Translations under genes and position numbers: made by a program
In this document: piece after piece, positions 1-8,220 of the stretch
How positions within the stretch are numbered: the first letter of the stretch is position 1
Layout: each line of letters starts with the position of its first letter
Source: an uncultured Chloroflexia bacterium
GTDB lineage: Bacteria > Chloroflexota > Anaerolineae > Anaerolineales > Anaerolineaceae
Direction of reading: 5' to 3'
Assembly (NCBI GenBank): GCA_963704755.1
Contig: OY969938.1
Span: 2,970,001 to 3,002,000 of the forward strand
DNA: 32,000 nucleotides
The notes under the pieces: generated by a model
Told to the model about the DNA's origin: nothing
Databases searched by the model: none
Seen by the model: only the letters and a program-made list of their open reading frames with translations

Positions 1-1
1 A

Positions 2-667
2 TATGTTATGTCCTGGTACCGCGATTACCCGGTCGGCGTGGTTTCGCTAACTTCGGAAAATATTCTCAAACCCGCCGATCTGTCCGGCAAGAAGATCGGC
101 ATTCCGGGGCTGTACGGCGCCAGTTACATCGGCTTCGAGGCGCTGCTCTCGGCCGGTGGGATAAAAGAATCCGACGTCACCCTGGATTCGGTCGGCTATA
201 ACCAGATCGAAGGTCTGACCTCCGGCCAGGAGCAGGCCGCGGTGATTTACGTGACCAACGAGCCGATCCAATTGGAGAGCGAAGGGTACCAGGTCAATGT
301 GATGGGCGTGTCCGATTACCTGGCCATGGTCTCGAACGGGTTGATCACCAACGAGCAGACCTTGCAGCAAAACCCGGACCTGGTCAAGCGCATGATCCGT
401 GCTTTTATCCGCGGCATTCAATATACGGTCGATAACCCCGACGAGGCTTATCAGATCACCACCCGTTACGTGGACAGCTTGAGCACAGCCGACCAGACCG
501 TCCAGAAAGCCATTCTCAACGCCACCATCAAACTTTACCAGACTGACCCGTGGGGCCAAAGCGATCCGCAGGCCTGGGACAATATGCAAAAGGTGCTGCT
601 GGATATGACCTTGCTGAAAAGCCCGCTGGATCTTAGCCAGGTCTTCAGTAACGATTATTTGCCTTAG
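2..667 (+). CDS. ABC transporter substrate-binding protein, NMT1/SsuA/TauA-like, C-terminal part (5' end is upstream of the window)
   Basis: The frame is open from the window edge to TAG at 665-667, so the Met at 8 need not be the start. An ABC ATPase of the nitrate/sulfonate/taurine type starts 11 nt downstream, the usual partner of this binding-protein family. The family call rests on recalled sequence character (KKIGIPGLYGASYIG...), not on a search. Confidence 0.6.
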   Translation, partial: YVMSWYRDYPVGVVSLTSENILKPADLSGKKIGIPGLYGASYIGFEALLSAGGIKESDVTLDSVGYNQIEGLTSGQEQAAVIYVTNEPIQLESEGYQVNVMGVSDYLAMVSNGLITNEQTLQQNPDLVKRMIRAFIRGIQYTVDNPDEAYQITTRYVDSLSTADQTVQKAILNATIKLYQTDPWGQSDPQAWDNMQKVLLDMTLLKSPLDLSQVFSNDYLP

Positions 668-678
668 GATGAGCATGT

Positions 679-1428
679 ATGGCTGAGCAAGATACTGTCC
701 TGGATGTGCGCAAACTGGGGATTATTTTCCCGGGCGAGAACGGCGGCTTGCAGGCGATCCATGACCTGTCATTTACGGTCAAGGCGCAGGAATTCATCTG
801 TATCCTGGGACCATCCGGCAGCGGCAAGAGCACTTTGCTGCGGGTTCTAGCCGGTTTACTGCCTCCCACCCGCGGTGAGATCCATTACAGTGGTGACCGC
901 CAGCCGCGGATCGGCTTCGTGTTCCAACAGGCCAATTTGATGCCCTGGCGCACGGCTATTCAAAACATTACCCTGCCGCTGGAAATGCAAGGTGTGCCGG
1001 TTGCGGAAGCCCACCGCCAGGCGCAGGAGCTGATCGAGCGCACCGGGCTGACCGGGTTCGAGTCGAGCTGGCCGCGGGACCTTTCCGGCGGTATGGCGCA
1101 GCGGGTGGCCATCGCCCGGGCGCTGATCCAGGACCCGGACCTGCTTCTCCTGGATGAGCCTTTCGGTTCACTGGACGCACTGACCCGCGATCACATGGGC
1201 GCCGAACTGCTGCAACTGTGGCAGGCCCAGCGCAAAACGGTGATCCTGGTGACCCACTCGATTTCCGAAGCGCTGCTGCTGGCCGACCGGGTGCTGGTGT
1301 TCACTCCTCGCCCGGGCAAGCTGGCCCTGGATTATACCGTCGGGCTGCCGCGCCCGCGGTCAGAGGAAATGCGTTACAGCCCCGAATTTGGCGAAATGTC
1401 GCGCCAGCTTAAAGCCGCCATCGGCTGA
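679..1428 (+). CDS. ABC transporter ATP-binding protein (nitrate/sulfonate/taurine NitT/TauT type)
   Basis: 249 aa. Contains Walker A GPSGSGKST, signature LSGGMAQR, Walker B LLLLDEPF and H-loop VTHS. ATG at 679 is preceded by AGGATGAG. Confidence 0.9.
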   Translation: MAEQDTVLDVRKLGIIFPGENGGLQAIHDLSFTVKAQEFICILGPSGSGKSTLLRVLAGLLPPTRGEIHYSGDRQPRIGFVFQQANLMPWRTAIQNITLPLEMQGVPVAEAHRQAQELIERTGLTGFESSWPRDLSGGMAQRVAIARALIQDPDLLLLDEPFGSLDALTRDHMGAELLQLWQAQRKTVILVTHSISEALLLADRVLVFTPRPGKLALDYTVGLPRPRSEEMRYSPEFGEMSRQLKAAIG

Positions 1429-1436
1429 AGTTGTGT

Positions 1437-1491
1437 AAACAAGAATTCGCGGTTTTGGCTGCATTGCAGCCAAAACCGCGAATTCTTGTTT
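1437..1491. terminator. Bidirectional hairpin between convergent genes (perfect 26-bp arms, 3-nt loop)
   Basis: aaacaagaattcgcggttttggctgc-att-gcagccaaaaccgcgaattcttgttt. It lies 9 nt after the ABC ATPase stop and 19 nt after the stop of the minus-strand cyclase gene. Confidence 0.7.
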
Positions 1492-1509
1492 GCGCAGTCA
1501 GGCGCAAAA

Positions 1510-4500
1510 TCAGGAAGGAATCTCTCCCTTGAGGATATCGGTGTTGTAAAACTTGAACTGACCTTTTTCCCAGACATACAAGGTGTTCTTGCCCGAATGT
1601 TTGGCCGCGTACAGGGCCTGGTCGGTGCGGTTGATCAGCATTTCCAATGAAAAACAATCTTTGTCCAGCCAGCTCAAGCCAATGCTCACGCTGACCTGTA
1701 TACGCTGATTTTCGGCATACTCGATGCCGTTGTATAACCCTTTTTTGAGCCGCAGGCCCACCTTGATGGCTCGTTCCATTTCGGTCTCGGGCAGCAAGAT
1801 GATAAATTCGTCGCCGGCGTAGCGGGCGGGGATATCGGCCTGGCGCAGCACGTGGCGGATGCGGTTGCCGATAAACTCGATCAGCTTGTCGCCGGCCTGG
1901 TGGCCGTAGGTATCGTTGACCAGTTTCAGCCCGTCGATATCGATCATCATCATCGCCATGGGGTTGCCGTAACGCCGGGCGCGGTAAAATTCGTTGCGGG
2001 CCAGGTCGAAGAAATAGCGCCGGTTGTACAGCTCGGTCAGCGGATCGGTGATGGCCATGTGTTCGGTGCGCTCGTACAGGCGGGCATTTTCGATCGCAAT
2101 GGCTGCCTGGTTGGCAAAAGCCTGGGCCAGGGTGGCATCTTCGGGGGTATAGACGTTGGGGGTGCAGCTATCGATGGTCAGGTAGCCGGTCACGTCGCCG
2201 CGAGCGAACAGGGGAATGCCCATCCAGCCGCGCACGTGTTTCGAATCGCCCCAGTGGTTGAAGCGTGGATCGGTTTGCGCATCCGCCAGGACCATGGCCT
2301 TGCGTGTGGTGTAGCTTTCGATGGTGAGCTGGTCGTTGAGCGGGTACATCTGGCCGAGCAGCTTGTCCGAATCGTCGAAGCCGCGGGCCGCGACGATGCG
2401 CAGTTGTTCGCCTACCCGCAAAAAGACCGTGCAACTGTCGAATGGGACGACTTTATCCAGGTTGGTGATGATCTGGTCCAGCACGTGGTCCACGTTCAAA
2501 GCGGAGGTCACGGCATTGGAAACCTCACGCAACGTTTCAGCCTCTTCGGCCCGCCTTTGGGCTGCCTCGAACAGGCGCGCATTTTGAATGGCCTCGCCGG
2601 CTTCCCGTCCCAGGGTAACCGCCAGGGGAATATCCCGCTCCTGTAAAACGTGATTGGCGTCGTAGGTCAGGAAGTTCATCGTCCCCATAATTTCTTCGCC
2701 TCCGCTGACCGGCACGATCAGGGTGGAGTAAACCTGGTCGGTAAGCATGGGCTGGGCCAATTCTGCCCCGGCCTGGAGGTCGTCAACCAACAGCGGTTCG
2801 CGCTCGCGGAAAACCTTCAGGTTAAGGCCGGACTGGATACAGGCCATTACATTGGCCGAAAGGTCGTTGGTTTGGTAAATATTCTTGATCTCGAGTTTGC
2901 CGGCCTTGGGGTCGTTGAGCAGCAGAACGGTGGCCTGGGCGCCGATCAGTTCACAGCTCAACCTTAAGATGTCGTTCAGTACGGTGGACAGGTCCAGGTT
3001 GCTGCCGATACGCTGCAAGATGTCGTTCAGCCGGCGGGTGCGGTTGAGCATTTCCGCCGTTTCCTGGTAAAGCAAGGCGTTCTGCATGGCCAGGCCGGCC
3101 TGGGAGGCGAAGGCCGACAGGATTTGGAGGTGTTCCTGGTTGTAGAAATTGACCTGGCACTTATCCAGGTTAAAGAAAGCCAGGGTCTCGTCGTGGGCGA
3201 TGATTGGGGCGCCGATCCAGGACCGGATGTAGTTGGTGGCATCGAGTGTGACCCAGCCCGGGTATATGCTGGTATCCGCGATGATCATGGGCTTTTTATG
3301 CTCCAGCATCCATTGGAAGTTGGTGGTTTCCTGGATGTTGAACACAAATTGGCTGATAGCGTTGGGAATGTCAATCCCGAATTTTTCGTAGCCCAGGCTG
3401 CGAATGATGATGGCGTTCTTTCCTTTGACCAGGGTCACATTCCCCGAATCGAAAGGCACCACGCGAATCAGTTGCTCGAGCATATTATCCAGGGTCCTGT
3501 CCAGGTCGAGCGACATGGTCATTTCCACGCCAATCTCGCGCAGGGCATTGGAGACTTCGCGCTGGCGATGCTCGGCTTCCATCGTGCGGCGCAGCTCTTC
3601 TTCGCTCTTTTTGCGCGCGGTGATGTCGCGCACAACGCCGATAAAGCTGGTCGGGTTGCCGCCGGGGTCATTGATGACGGTCAGCATTAACTCGGCCGGG
3701 AATGGATCGCCCTGGATGGTCAGCGCAGTAAATTCGACTTTCTGCTGTTGGCCGAGTTTTACGGCGTTCTTGACTACCTCGCGGATACGGTTGTGTTCGT
3801 CGGGAGCGATAAAGTCGTAGACCCAGCGCCCGGCCAGGTGCTCGTTCGGGGCGGCCGCCAACATCTTCACTGCCACCTGGTTGTAGAGGATCAGGCAGCC
3901 GTCCAGGGTGATCATCAAGATGGCATCTGGAGAGGTCTCTACCAGCAAGCGGTAGCGCGTTTCGCTTTCACGCAAGGCTTCCTGCACCCGGTACATTTCG
4001 CTGATGTCGCGGAAGACGATCAGGCGCCCGGCGACGCTGCCGTCCTGGTTGTACAGAGGCCGGATGCGCAGATCGAATTGGCGTGGAAATGCGCCGGTCT
4101 CGTACGTAACCTGTTCGTGTACGCCCGTATGGTCCGCCAGGCGGGCCATTAAAAGGTTCCACGGGCGGGGATATTCCATCAAGGCATGGCCAACCACCTG
4201 GTCGCGGCTGCTCTGCAGCAAGCGGCAGGCGCTGGAATTGATGTCGATCACGCGGTTCATCTCGTCCAGCAAGATAACGGCGTCATCCATGATCTCGATT
4301 AGCACGTCCCGGCCGCGCGGGGTCAGGTCCAGCAGGTGGTAACGATATACCCCAAGCACGATCAGGGCTCCACTGATGATGAAAGAGAAGGGAGTCAGGT
4401 CCAGGCCGGGCAGGGGCATGCGGCCGAACACGTACGTGAAATTGGCCAGCCAGGGAGGCAGCATGGCCAGAATCAACAGGATGGTTTGCGTTTTGAAGAT

Positions 4501-5025
4501 GTTGGATGTACGCGTCAGGTGATAGAGCAATATCACCGAGCCGGCCATAACCAGTGAATAGGAGTAGATCGTATGGACCCAGAAGAGCGGTCCGTGGTCC
4601 AGCGCCAGGAAAACAAATCCGCCCTGGCTGACCATGAATTTGGCCGGGTAATACAGCCGGCTGAGCGGGCCGGTAGTCAGGCTCAAGACGACAAAGGCGG
4701 GTTCAATCAAAAACCACAAGTGAAATTTGGAGGCGAGCCGGTTGGTCCGGCCGGTATAGTTCAGCGAAAAAATAAACCAGGCCGGCGGGATAAGCAAGAT
4801 ACCGGCGTAGCTAAACATATCTATCAGTTGCTTGGGGTAAAAATCGACCAACAGCTCCTGCACGGCCAAGAAGCCCGACCAGAGCGAACTGCCGATCATC
4901 AGCACAGCAATAGCGACCGCTCCGCTGGTGGGACGGCGTCTCCAGGCGGCAATCGCCAGAAAAGCTGAAATTGTGGCAGCTACCAGTAATGCGAAGAAAA
5001 TGGGTGGAAGTTGAATATGAGCCAA
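1510..5025 (-). CDS. Membrane sensor diguanylate cyclase: about 7 TM segments, 2 PAS, 3 GAF, C-terminal GGDEF domain (AGDEF variant)
   Basis: 1171 aa with a TTG start at 5025. The first ~235 aa hold seven hydrophobic segments. PAS-like blocks include ESETRYRLLVETSPDAILMI. Three GAF C-termini end in QNALLYQ, QNARLFE and ENARLYE. The GGDEF domain shows [30 protein letters not shown] and RQADIPARYAGDEFIILL. Confidence 0.9.
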   Translation of the reverse strand: MAHIQLPPIFFALLVAATISAFLAIAAWRRRPTSGAVAIAVLMIGSSLWSGFLAVQELLVDFYPKQLIDMFSYAGILLIPPAWFIFSLNYTGRTNRLASKFHLWFLIEPAFVVLSLTTGPLSRLYYPAKFMVSQGGFVFLALDHGPLFWVHTIYSYSLVMAGSVILLYHLTRTSNIFKTQTILLILAMLPPWLANFTYVFGRMPLPGLDLTPFSFIISGALIVLGVYRYHLLDLTPRGRDVLIEIMDDAVILLDEMNRVIDINSSACRLLQSSRDQVVGHALMEYPRPWNLLMARLADHTGVHEQVTYETGAFPRQFDLRIRPLYNQDGSVAGRLIVFRDISEMYRVQEALRESETRYRLLVETSPDAILMITLDGCLILYNQVAVKMLAAAPNEHLAGRWVYDFIAPDEHNRIREVVKNAVKLGQQQKVEFTALTIQGDPFPAELMLTVINDPGGNPTSFIGVVRDITARKKSEEELRRTMEAEHRQREVSNALREIGVEMTMSLDLDRTLDNMLEQLIRVVPFDSGNVTLVKGKNAIIIRSLGYEKFGIDIPNAISQFVFNIQETTNFQWMLEHKKPMIIADTSIYPGWVTLDATNYIRSWIGAPIIAHDETLAFFNLDKCQVNFYNQEHLQILSAFASQAGLAMQNALLYQETAEMLNRTRRLNDILQRIGSNLDLSTVLNDILRLSCELIGAQATVLLLNDPKAGKLEIKNIYQTNDLSANVMACIQSGLNLKVFREREPLLVDDLQAGAELAQPMLTDQVYSTLIVPVSGGEEIMGTMNFLTYDANHVLQERDIPLAVTLGREAGEAIQNARLFEAAQRRAEEAETLREVSNAVTSALNVDHVLDQIITNLDKVVPFDSCTVFLRVGEQLRIVAARGFDDSDKLLGQMYPLNDQLTIESYTTRKAMVLADAQTDPRFNHWGDSKHVRGWMGIPLFARGDVTGYLTIDSCTPNVYTPEDATLAQAFANQAAIAIENARLYERTEHMAITDPLTELYNRRYFFDLARNEFYRARRYGNPMAMMMIDIDGLKLVNDTYGHQAGDKLIEFIGNRIRHVLRQADIPARYAGDEFIILLPETEMERAIKVGLRLKKGLYNGIEYAENQRIQVSVSIGLSWLDKDCFSLEMLINRTDQALYAAKHSGKNTLYVWEKGQFKFYNTDILKGEIPS

Positions 5026-5222
5026 TCTGCCTGCACCTGTAGAGGGATTATTGGTTTATTAGCAAACAGATAAAAAGGGGAAGGAATATGAGTAAGCCAT
5101 TGGCCAATAAAATCGCATTTTTAATTATACAGGTGATCTATAAAATTTTAATAAACGGAGGATAAATATGGATTTAATTTTTAATAACAGTGTTGCAATT
5201 TGGCTGTTAGCGGCTTGTAGCC

Positions 5223-5377
5223 CGGCTTTCAAGGCCGGAGATATGTAGGTTGGGTTGCGGGCTCTTTTATAACGCCGGCACATGGCGAGGCTTCCGGTTT
5301 GGCGGGCTTTCCCCGCAACCCAACGGGGGATTGACCCGGCCAGCGCCCCTTACCCTAACCCCTCTCCCAGAAGCGGG
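5223..5377 (+). repeat. Direct repeat copy 1 (155 bp, 249-bp period)
   Basis: Aligns base for base with 5472-5626, with 7 mismatches counted by eye. Confidence 0.9.
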
Positions 5378-5471
5378 AGAGGGGCGAAGATGGCGACCGA
5401 GGTCGCGGCAACAAAAACACGAAGCCCCACCTGCGTGGGGCTCAACCCGGCACGGATTGCCTTTTCATGGT

Positions 5472-5626
5472 CGGCTTTCAAGGCCGGAGATATGTAGGTT
5501 GGGTTACGGGCTCTTTTATAACGCCGGCACATGGCGAGGCTTCCGGTTTGGCGGGCTTTGCCCGTAACCCAACGGGGAATTGACCCGGCCAGCGCCCCTC
5601 ACCCCAACCCCTCTCCCAGAAGCGGG
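5472..5626 (+). repeat. Direct repeat copy 2 (155 bp)
   Basis: See copy 1. It starts cggctttcaaggccggagatatgtaggttgggtt and ends cccctctcccagaagcggg. Confidence 0.9.
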
Positions 5627-5933
5627 CACGGTGGCCAGGGTCCTTGCTAGTCCATATATATCCTCGCTGACCGGCGCTCTGCCCCCTTTCCCCGCTTCCC
5701 CCCAAATCAAAAGCCGATTTGGAGGGAAGAGCCAAATTCCTCGCTTCCAAATCTTCTCGCTGAAATTCGCGCCGCAACTTTCATAACTTGCGGGTTCTGC
5801 TACCCCCCCCGGCTTTGAAAGCCGGGCTACTAACAGCTAAGAGCTAACAGCTTCCCGCTAACAGCCATCCGATGCCGTTTTATGATAGGATATTCCTGCG
5901 GCTGAAAGATCGATCCATGACCTTATTGTTAGA

Positions 5934-7217
5934 TTGAAAGGGATGATCCCATTGGCGAATATCGATGATCTGATTAATAAACTGCCGGTTGAGACGCGCG
6001 ACATTTTTCGCACGATCTGGGAGAGCCTGGCGCCAGACGATCGCCTGAGCCTGCTCTCGCTGCTGGAAGGGCTGCCCTCGGATGCCAACCTGATTCGCTT
6101 GCTGATGCGTCTGTCCACCAACCAGTTCCGCCTGGCTTTTGGGCAAAAACGGCGCGTGGCTATCGTCGGGCCGGCGAACGTGGGCAAATCGACCCTTTAC
6201 AACCAGTTCATTCATACCAAAGAGGAGCGGGCCGAGGTCAGCCCGCTACCGGGCACTACCCGGGTCTCGCAGCAAGGCGACGCGGGTCTGTTTTCGATTG
6301 TCGACACCCCCGGCGCAGATGCAGTCGGTGAGGTGGGCGAGACCGAACAGCAAGAAGCCCTGGCGTCGGCCGGGCAGGCGGATTTTCTGCTGATTGTTTT
6401 CGACGCCATCCAGGGCATCAAAAAGAGCGAGCTGGACCTGTATTACCAGCTTTTAGGACTTAAAAAACCGCACCTGGTCGTCTTGAACAAGATCGACCTG
6501 GTGCGCAAAGAGAGCAACCAGGTGGTGGCGCGGGTAGCTAAAAGCCTCAACCTGGAACCCGAACAGGTCATTCCGGTGGTCGCCCGCAGCGGGGAAGGGC
6601 TGGCGCATATCCTCAGCGCTATTTCGATGGTCGAGCCTGAGATTGTGGCTGCCCTGGGGCGCGGCCTGCCGGAATATCGCTGGCAGCTCGCCTGGCGCTC
6701 GATTGTTGGGGCCACCTCGGCCTCGGCAGTGATTGCCCTGGCTCCGCTGCCGGTGATCGACTTTGCGCCCCTGGTCGTAACCCAGTCGGTTATGGTGCTG
6801 GGGATTGCCCGGATTTATAATTACCGCATTAATCTGGAACGCGCCCGGGAACTGGTGGTAACCTTTGGCCTGGGGTTTTTGGCGCGGACGTTGTTTGCCG
6901 AGTTCAGTAAACTGGGCGGATTACCGGGCTGGGTGCTTTCGGCAGCTATTGCCTCCTCGACCACGGCCGTGATGGGTTACGCGGCTGCAATCTGGTTCGA
7001 TCGCGGCGAGCGGCTTTCTGCCGAAGCGCTCAAAGACCTGACCCGTACTTTGACCGGGGTATTCCTGGACAGTTTGAAGGATTTTGGCAAACGCAAACCA
7101 GACCGGGCTGGTTTAGAGAAGCGCATCGGCGATGCATTACAACAATCAACCCTTGGGGAGGAACATACCACAACCGATGAGGATGTCGAAGATCAATCTG
7201 CAAAAACTGGTCGGTAG
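5934..7217 (+). CDS. GTP-binding protein with C-terminal DUF697-like membrane domain
   Basis: GTPase motifs are G1 GPANVGKS, G3 DTPG and G4 NKID. The C-terminal hydrophobic region (IVGATSASAVIALAPLPVIDFAPLVVTQSVMVLGIARIYN) is typical of DUF697/YcjF-like domains. The start is ambiguous: TTG 5934 or ATG 5943. Confidence 0.8.
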   Translation: MKGMIPLANIDDLINKLPVETRDIFRTIWESLAPDDRLSLLSLLEGLPSDANLIRLLMRLSTNQFRLAFGQKRRVAIVGPANVGKSTLYNQFIHTKEERAEVSPLPGTTRVSQQGDAGLFSIVDTPGADAVGEVGETEQQEALASAGQADFLLIVFDAIQGIKKSELDLYYQLLGLKKPHLVVLNKIDLVRKESNQVVARVAKSLNLEPEQVIPVVARSGEGLAHILSAISMVEPEIVAALGRGLPEYRWQLAWRSIVGATSASAVIALAPLPVIDFAPLVVTQSVMVLGIARIYNYRINLERARELVVTFGLGFLARTLFAEFSKLGGLPGWVLSAAIASSTTAVMGYAAAIWFDRGERLSAEALKDLTRTLTGVFLDSLKDFGKRKPDRAGLEKRIGDALQQSTLGEEHTTTDEDVEDQSAKTGR

Positions 7218-8100
7218 CCGCTATGGGGTGGGGTTTGCCATCTGGCTCAGCCGGGCCGTACCCCCCTGGTTAGGCTATAAAATCGCGGTTTTGGCGGCCA
7301 GAATTATCGTTTCTAGCAAAAAGAGTGAGATGGGCCGGGCCGTCCGCGCCAACCAATGGATGGCCAGCGGAAAGAGGCTTTCCGGCCGGGAGCTGGAGAA
7401 ACAGACTTACCAGGTCTTTCGCACCAACGTTTACTGTTTGTATGACTATTACCACAACCTGGACCGCCCCCAGGCCGTCCGGGATATGGTCGATTTCGAC
7501 CCGAGTTTCAAAGCCATCCTGACCCAAATCGAGAGCGGCAATTCACCGGCGATGTTCCTGATGCCGCATTTGAGTAATTACGACCTGGCCGGGCGGGCCC
7601 TGGCGCTGTATGGCCTGAAATTCCAGGTGCTGTCCTATCCCCAGCCGCCCAGCGGATACCAGTTGGCCAACCAGTTGCGCCAGGAGGGCGGTATGGAAGT
7701 GACGCCCATGTCGATCCAGGCGGTGCAGCAGGCGCGCCAGCGGTTGAGAGCCGGCGGAGTGGTCCTCACCGGGGTGGACCGGCCATTGAGCGACAGCCGC
7801 TATTTTCCCGCATTCTTTGGACAGCCGGCCCACCTGCCGGTGGCTCACGTCCAACTGGCTTTGCAGGTGGACGTGCCGGTGTACGTGGTGGCCTGCATCC
7901 AGACCAGCCTGGCCCATTACAAGATTGTCGCCAGCCCTAAATTGACCTTGCAACACTACCCCGACCGGGAGACCGGGCTGGTCAAAAATGCCGAGATTAT
8001 TTTGGCCGAGGTCGAAAAACTGGTCCGGGCTTATCCCACTCAATGGGCCATGTTCTATCCGGTCTGGCCCGAGGTGTTACCCAAAATAACCCAACCGTGA
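7177..8100 (+). CDS. LpxL/HtrB-family (lysophospholipid/lipid A type) acyltransferase
   Basis: HX4D motif in MPHLSNYDL, plus LRAGGVVLTGVDRP and FFGQPAHLPVAHVQLAL, as in the Lip_A_acyltrans family. The start is uncertain: ATG 7132, 7177 or 7183. Every option overlaps the GTPase gene, which ends at 7217. Confidence 0.7.
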   Translation: MRMSKINLQKLVGSRYGVGFAIWLSRAVPPWLGYKIAVLAARIIVSSKKSEMGRAVRANQWMASGKRLSGRELEKQTYQVFRTNVYCLYDYYHNLDRPQAVRDMVDFDPSFKAILTQIESGNSPAMFLMPHLSNYDLAGRALALYGLKFQVLSYPQPPSGYQLANQLRQEGGMEVTPMSIQAVQQARQRLRAGGVVLTGVDRPLSDSRYFPAFFGQPAHLPVAHVQLALQVDVPVYVVACIQTSLAHYKIVASPKLTLQHYPDRETGLVKNAEIILAEVEKLVRAYPTQWAMFYPVWPEVLPKITQP

Positions 8101-8171
8101 GATGGAAATGGAGCCTGGCCTCCGCCAATTGTTCTTGGCCGGCAGCATTTTGCCTGGGACATCTCATCCAA

Positions 8172-8220
8172 AAAATTGGGTGTACCAGTGGATTTCCACA
8201 GGTACACCCAATTTTGTTTT
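8172..8220 (+). terminator. Intrinsic terminator after the acyltransferase gene
   Basis: aaaattgggtgtacc-(14-nt loop)-ggtacacccaatttt followed by gttttcg. Confidence 0.7.

Larger units (their letters stand above)
5203..5865. repeat. Intergenic mosaic repeat cluster A, bounded by imperfect inverted ends
   Basis: The left end is gctgttagcggcttgtagcccggctttcaaggccgg (5203-5238). The reverse complement of the right end is gctgttag-tagcccggctttcaaagccgg (5808-5865). The interior consists of hairpin modules that recur at 20.4 kb and 30.2-31.0 kb. Confidence 0.8.

Noticed and set aside
47-676. Long antisense or out-of-frame ORFs inside real genes: 47..676, 1852..2646, 9039..9863, 11424..12350, 14321..14920, 16409..17050, 20564..21391, 21976..22527, 25654..26319 and 28571..29392.
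   Set aside because: These are shadow ORFs typical of GC-rich coding DNA. Their translations are low-complexity Arg/Gly/Pro/Ala-rich with no motifs, and the opposite or alternative frame has clear domain signatures.
5223-5626. The tandem repeats here and at 30495-31009, considered as a possible CRISPR array.
   Set aside because: There are only two copies each, the units are 155-250 bp at periods of 249 and 277 bp, there is no short repeat / unique spacer alternation, and no cas genes are present.
5250-5786. ORFs of 60-105 aa on both strands inside cluster A. The same applies to 20327-20585 and 30307-30866.
   Set aside because: They translate the hairpin repeats (recurrent PSPxxGRG-type strings), are open on both strands, lack ribosome-binding sites and duplicate each other because the DNA is duplicated.
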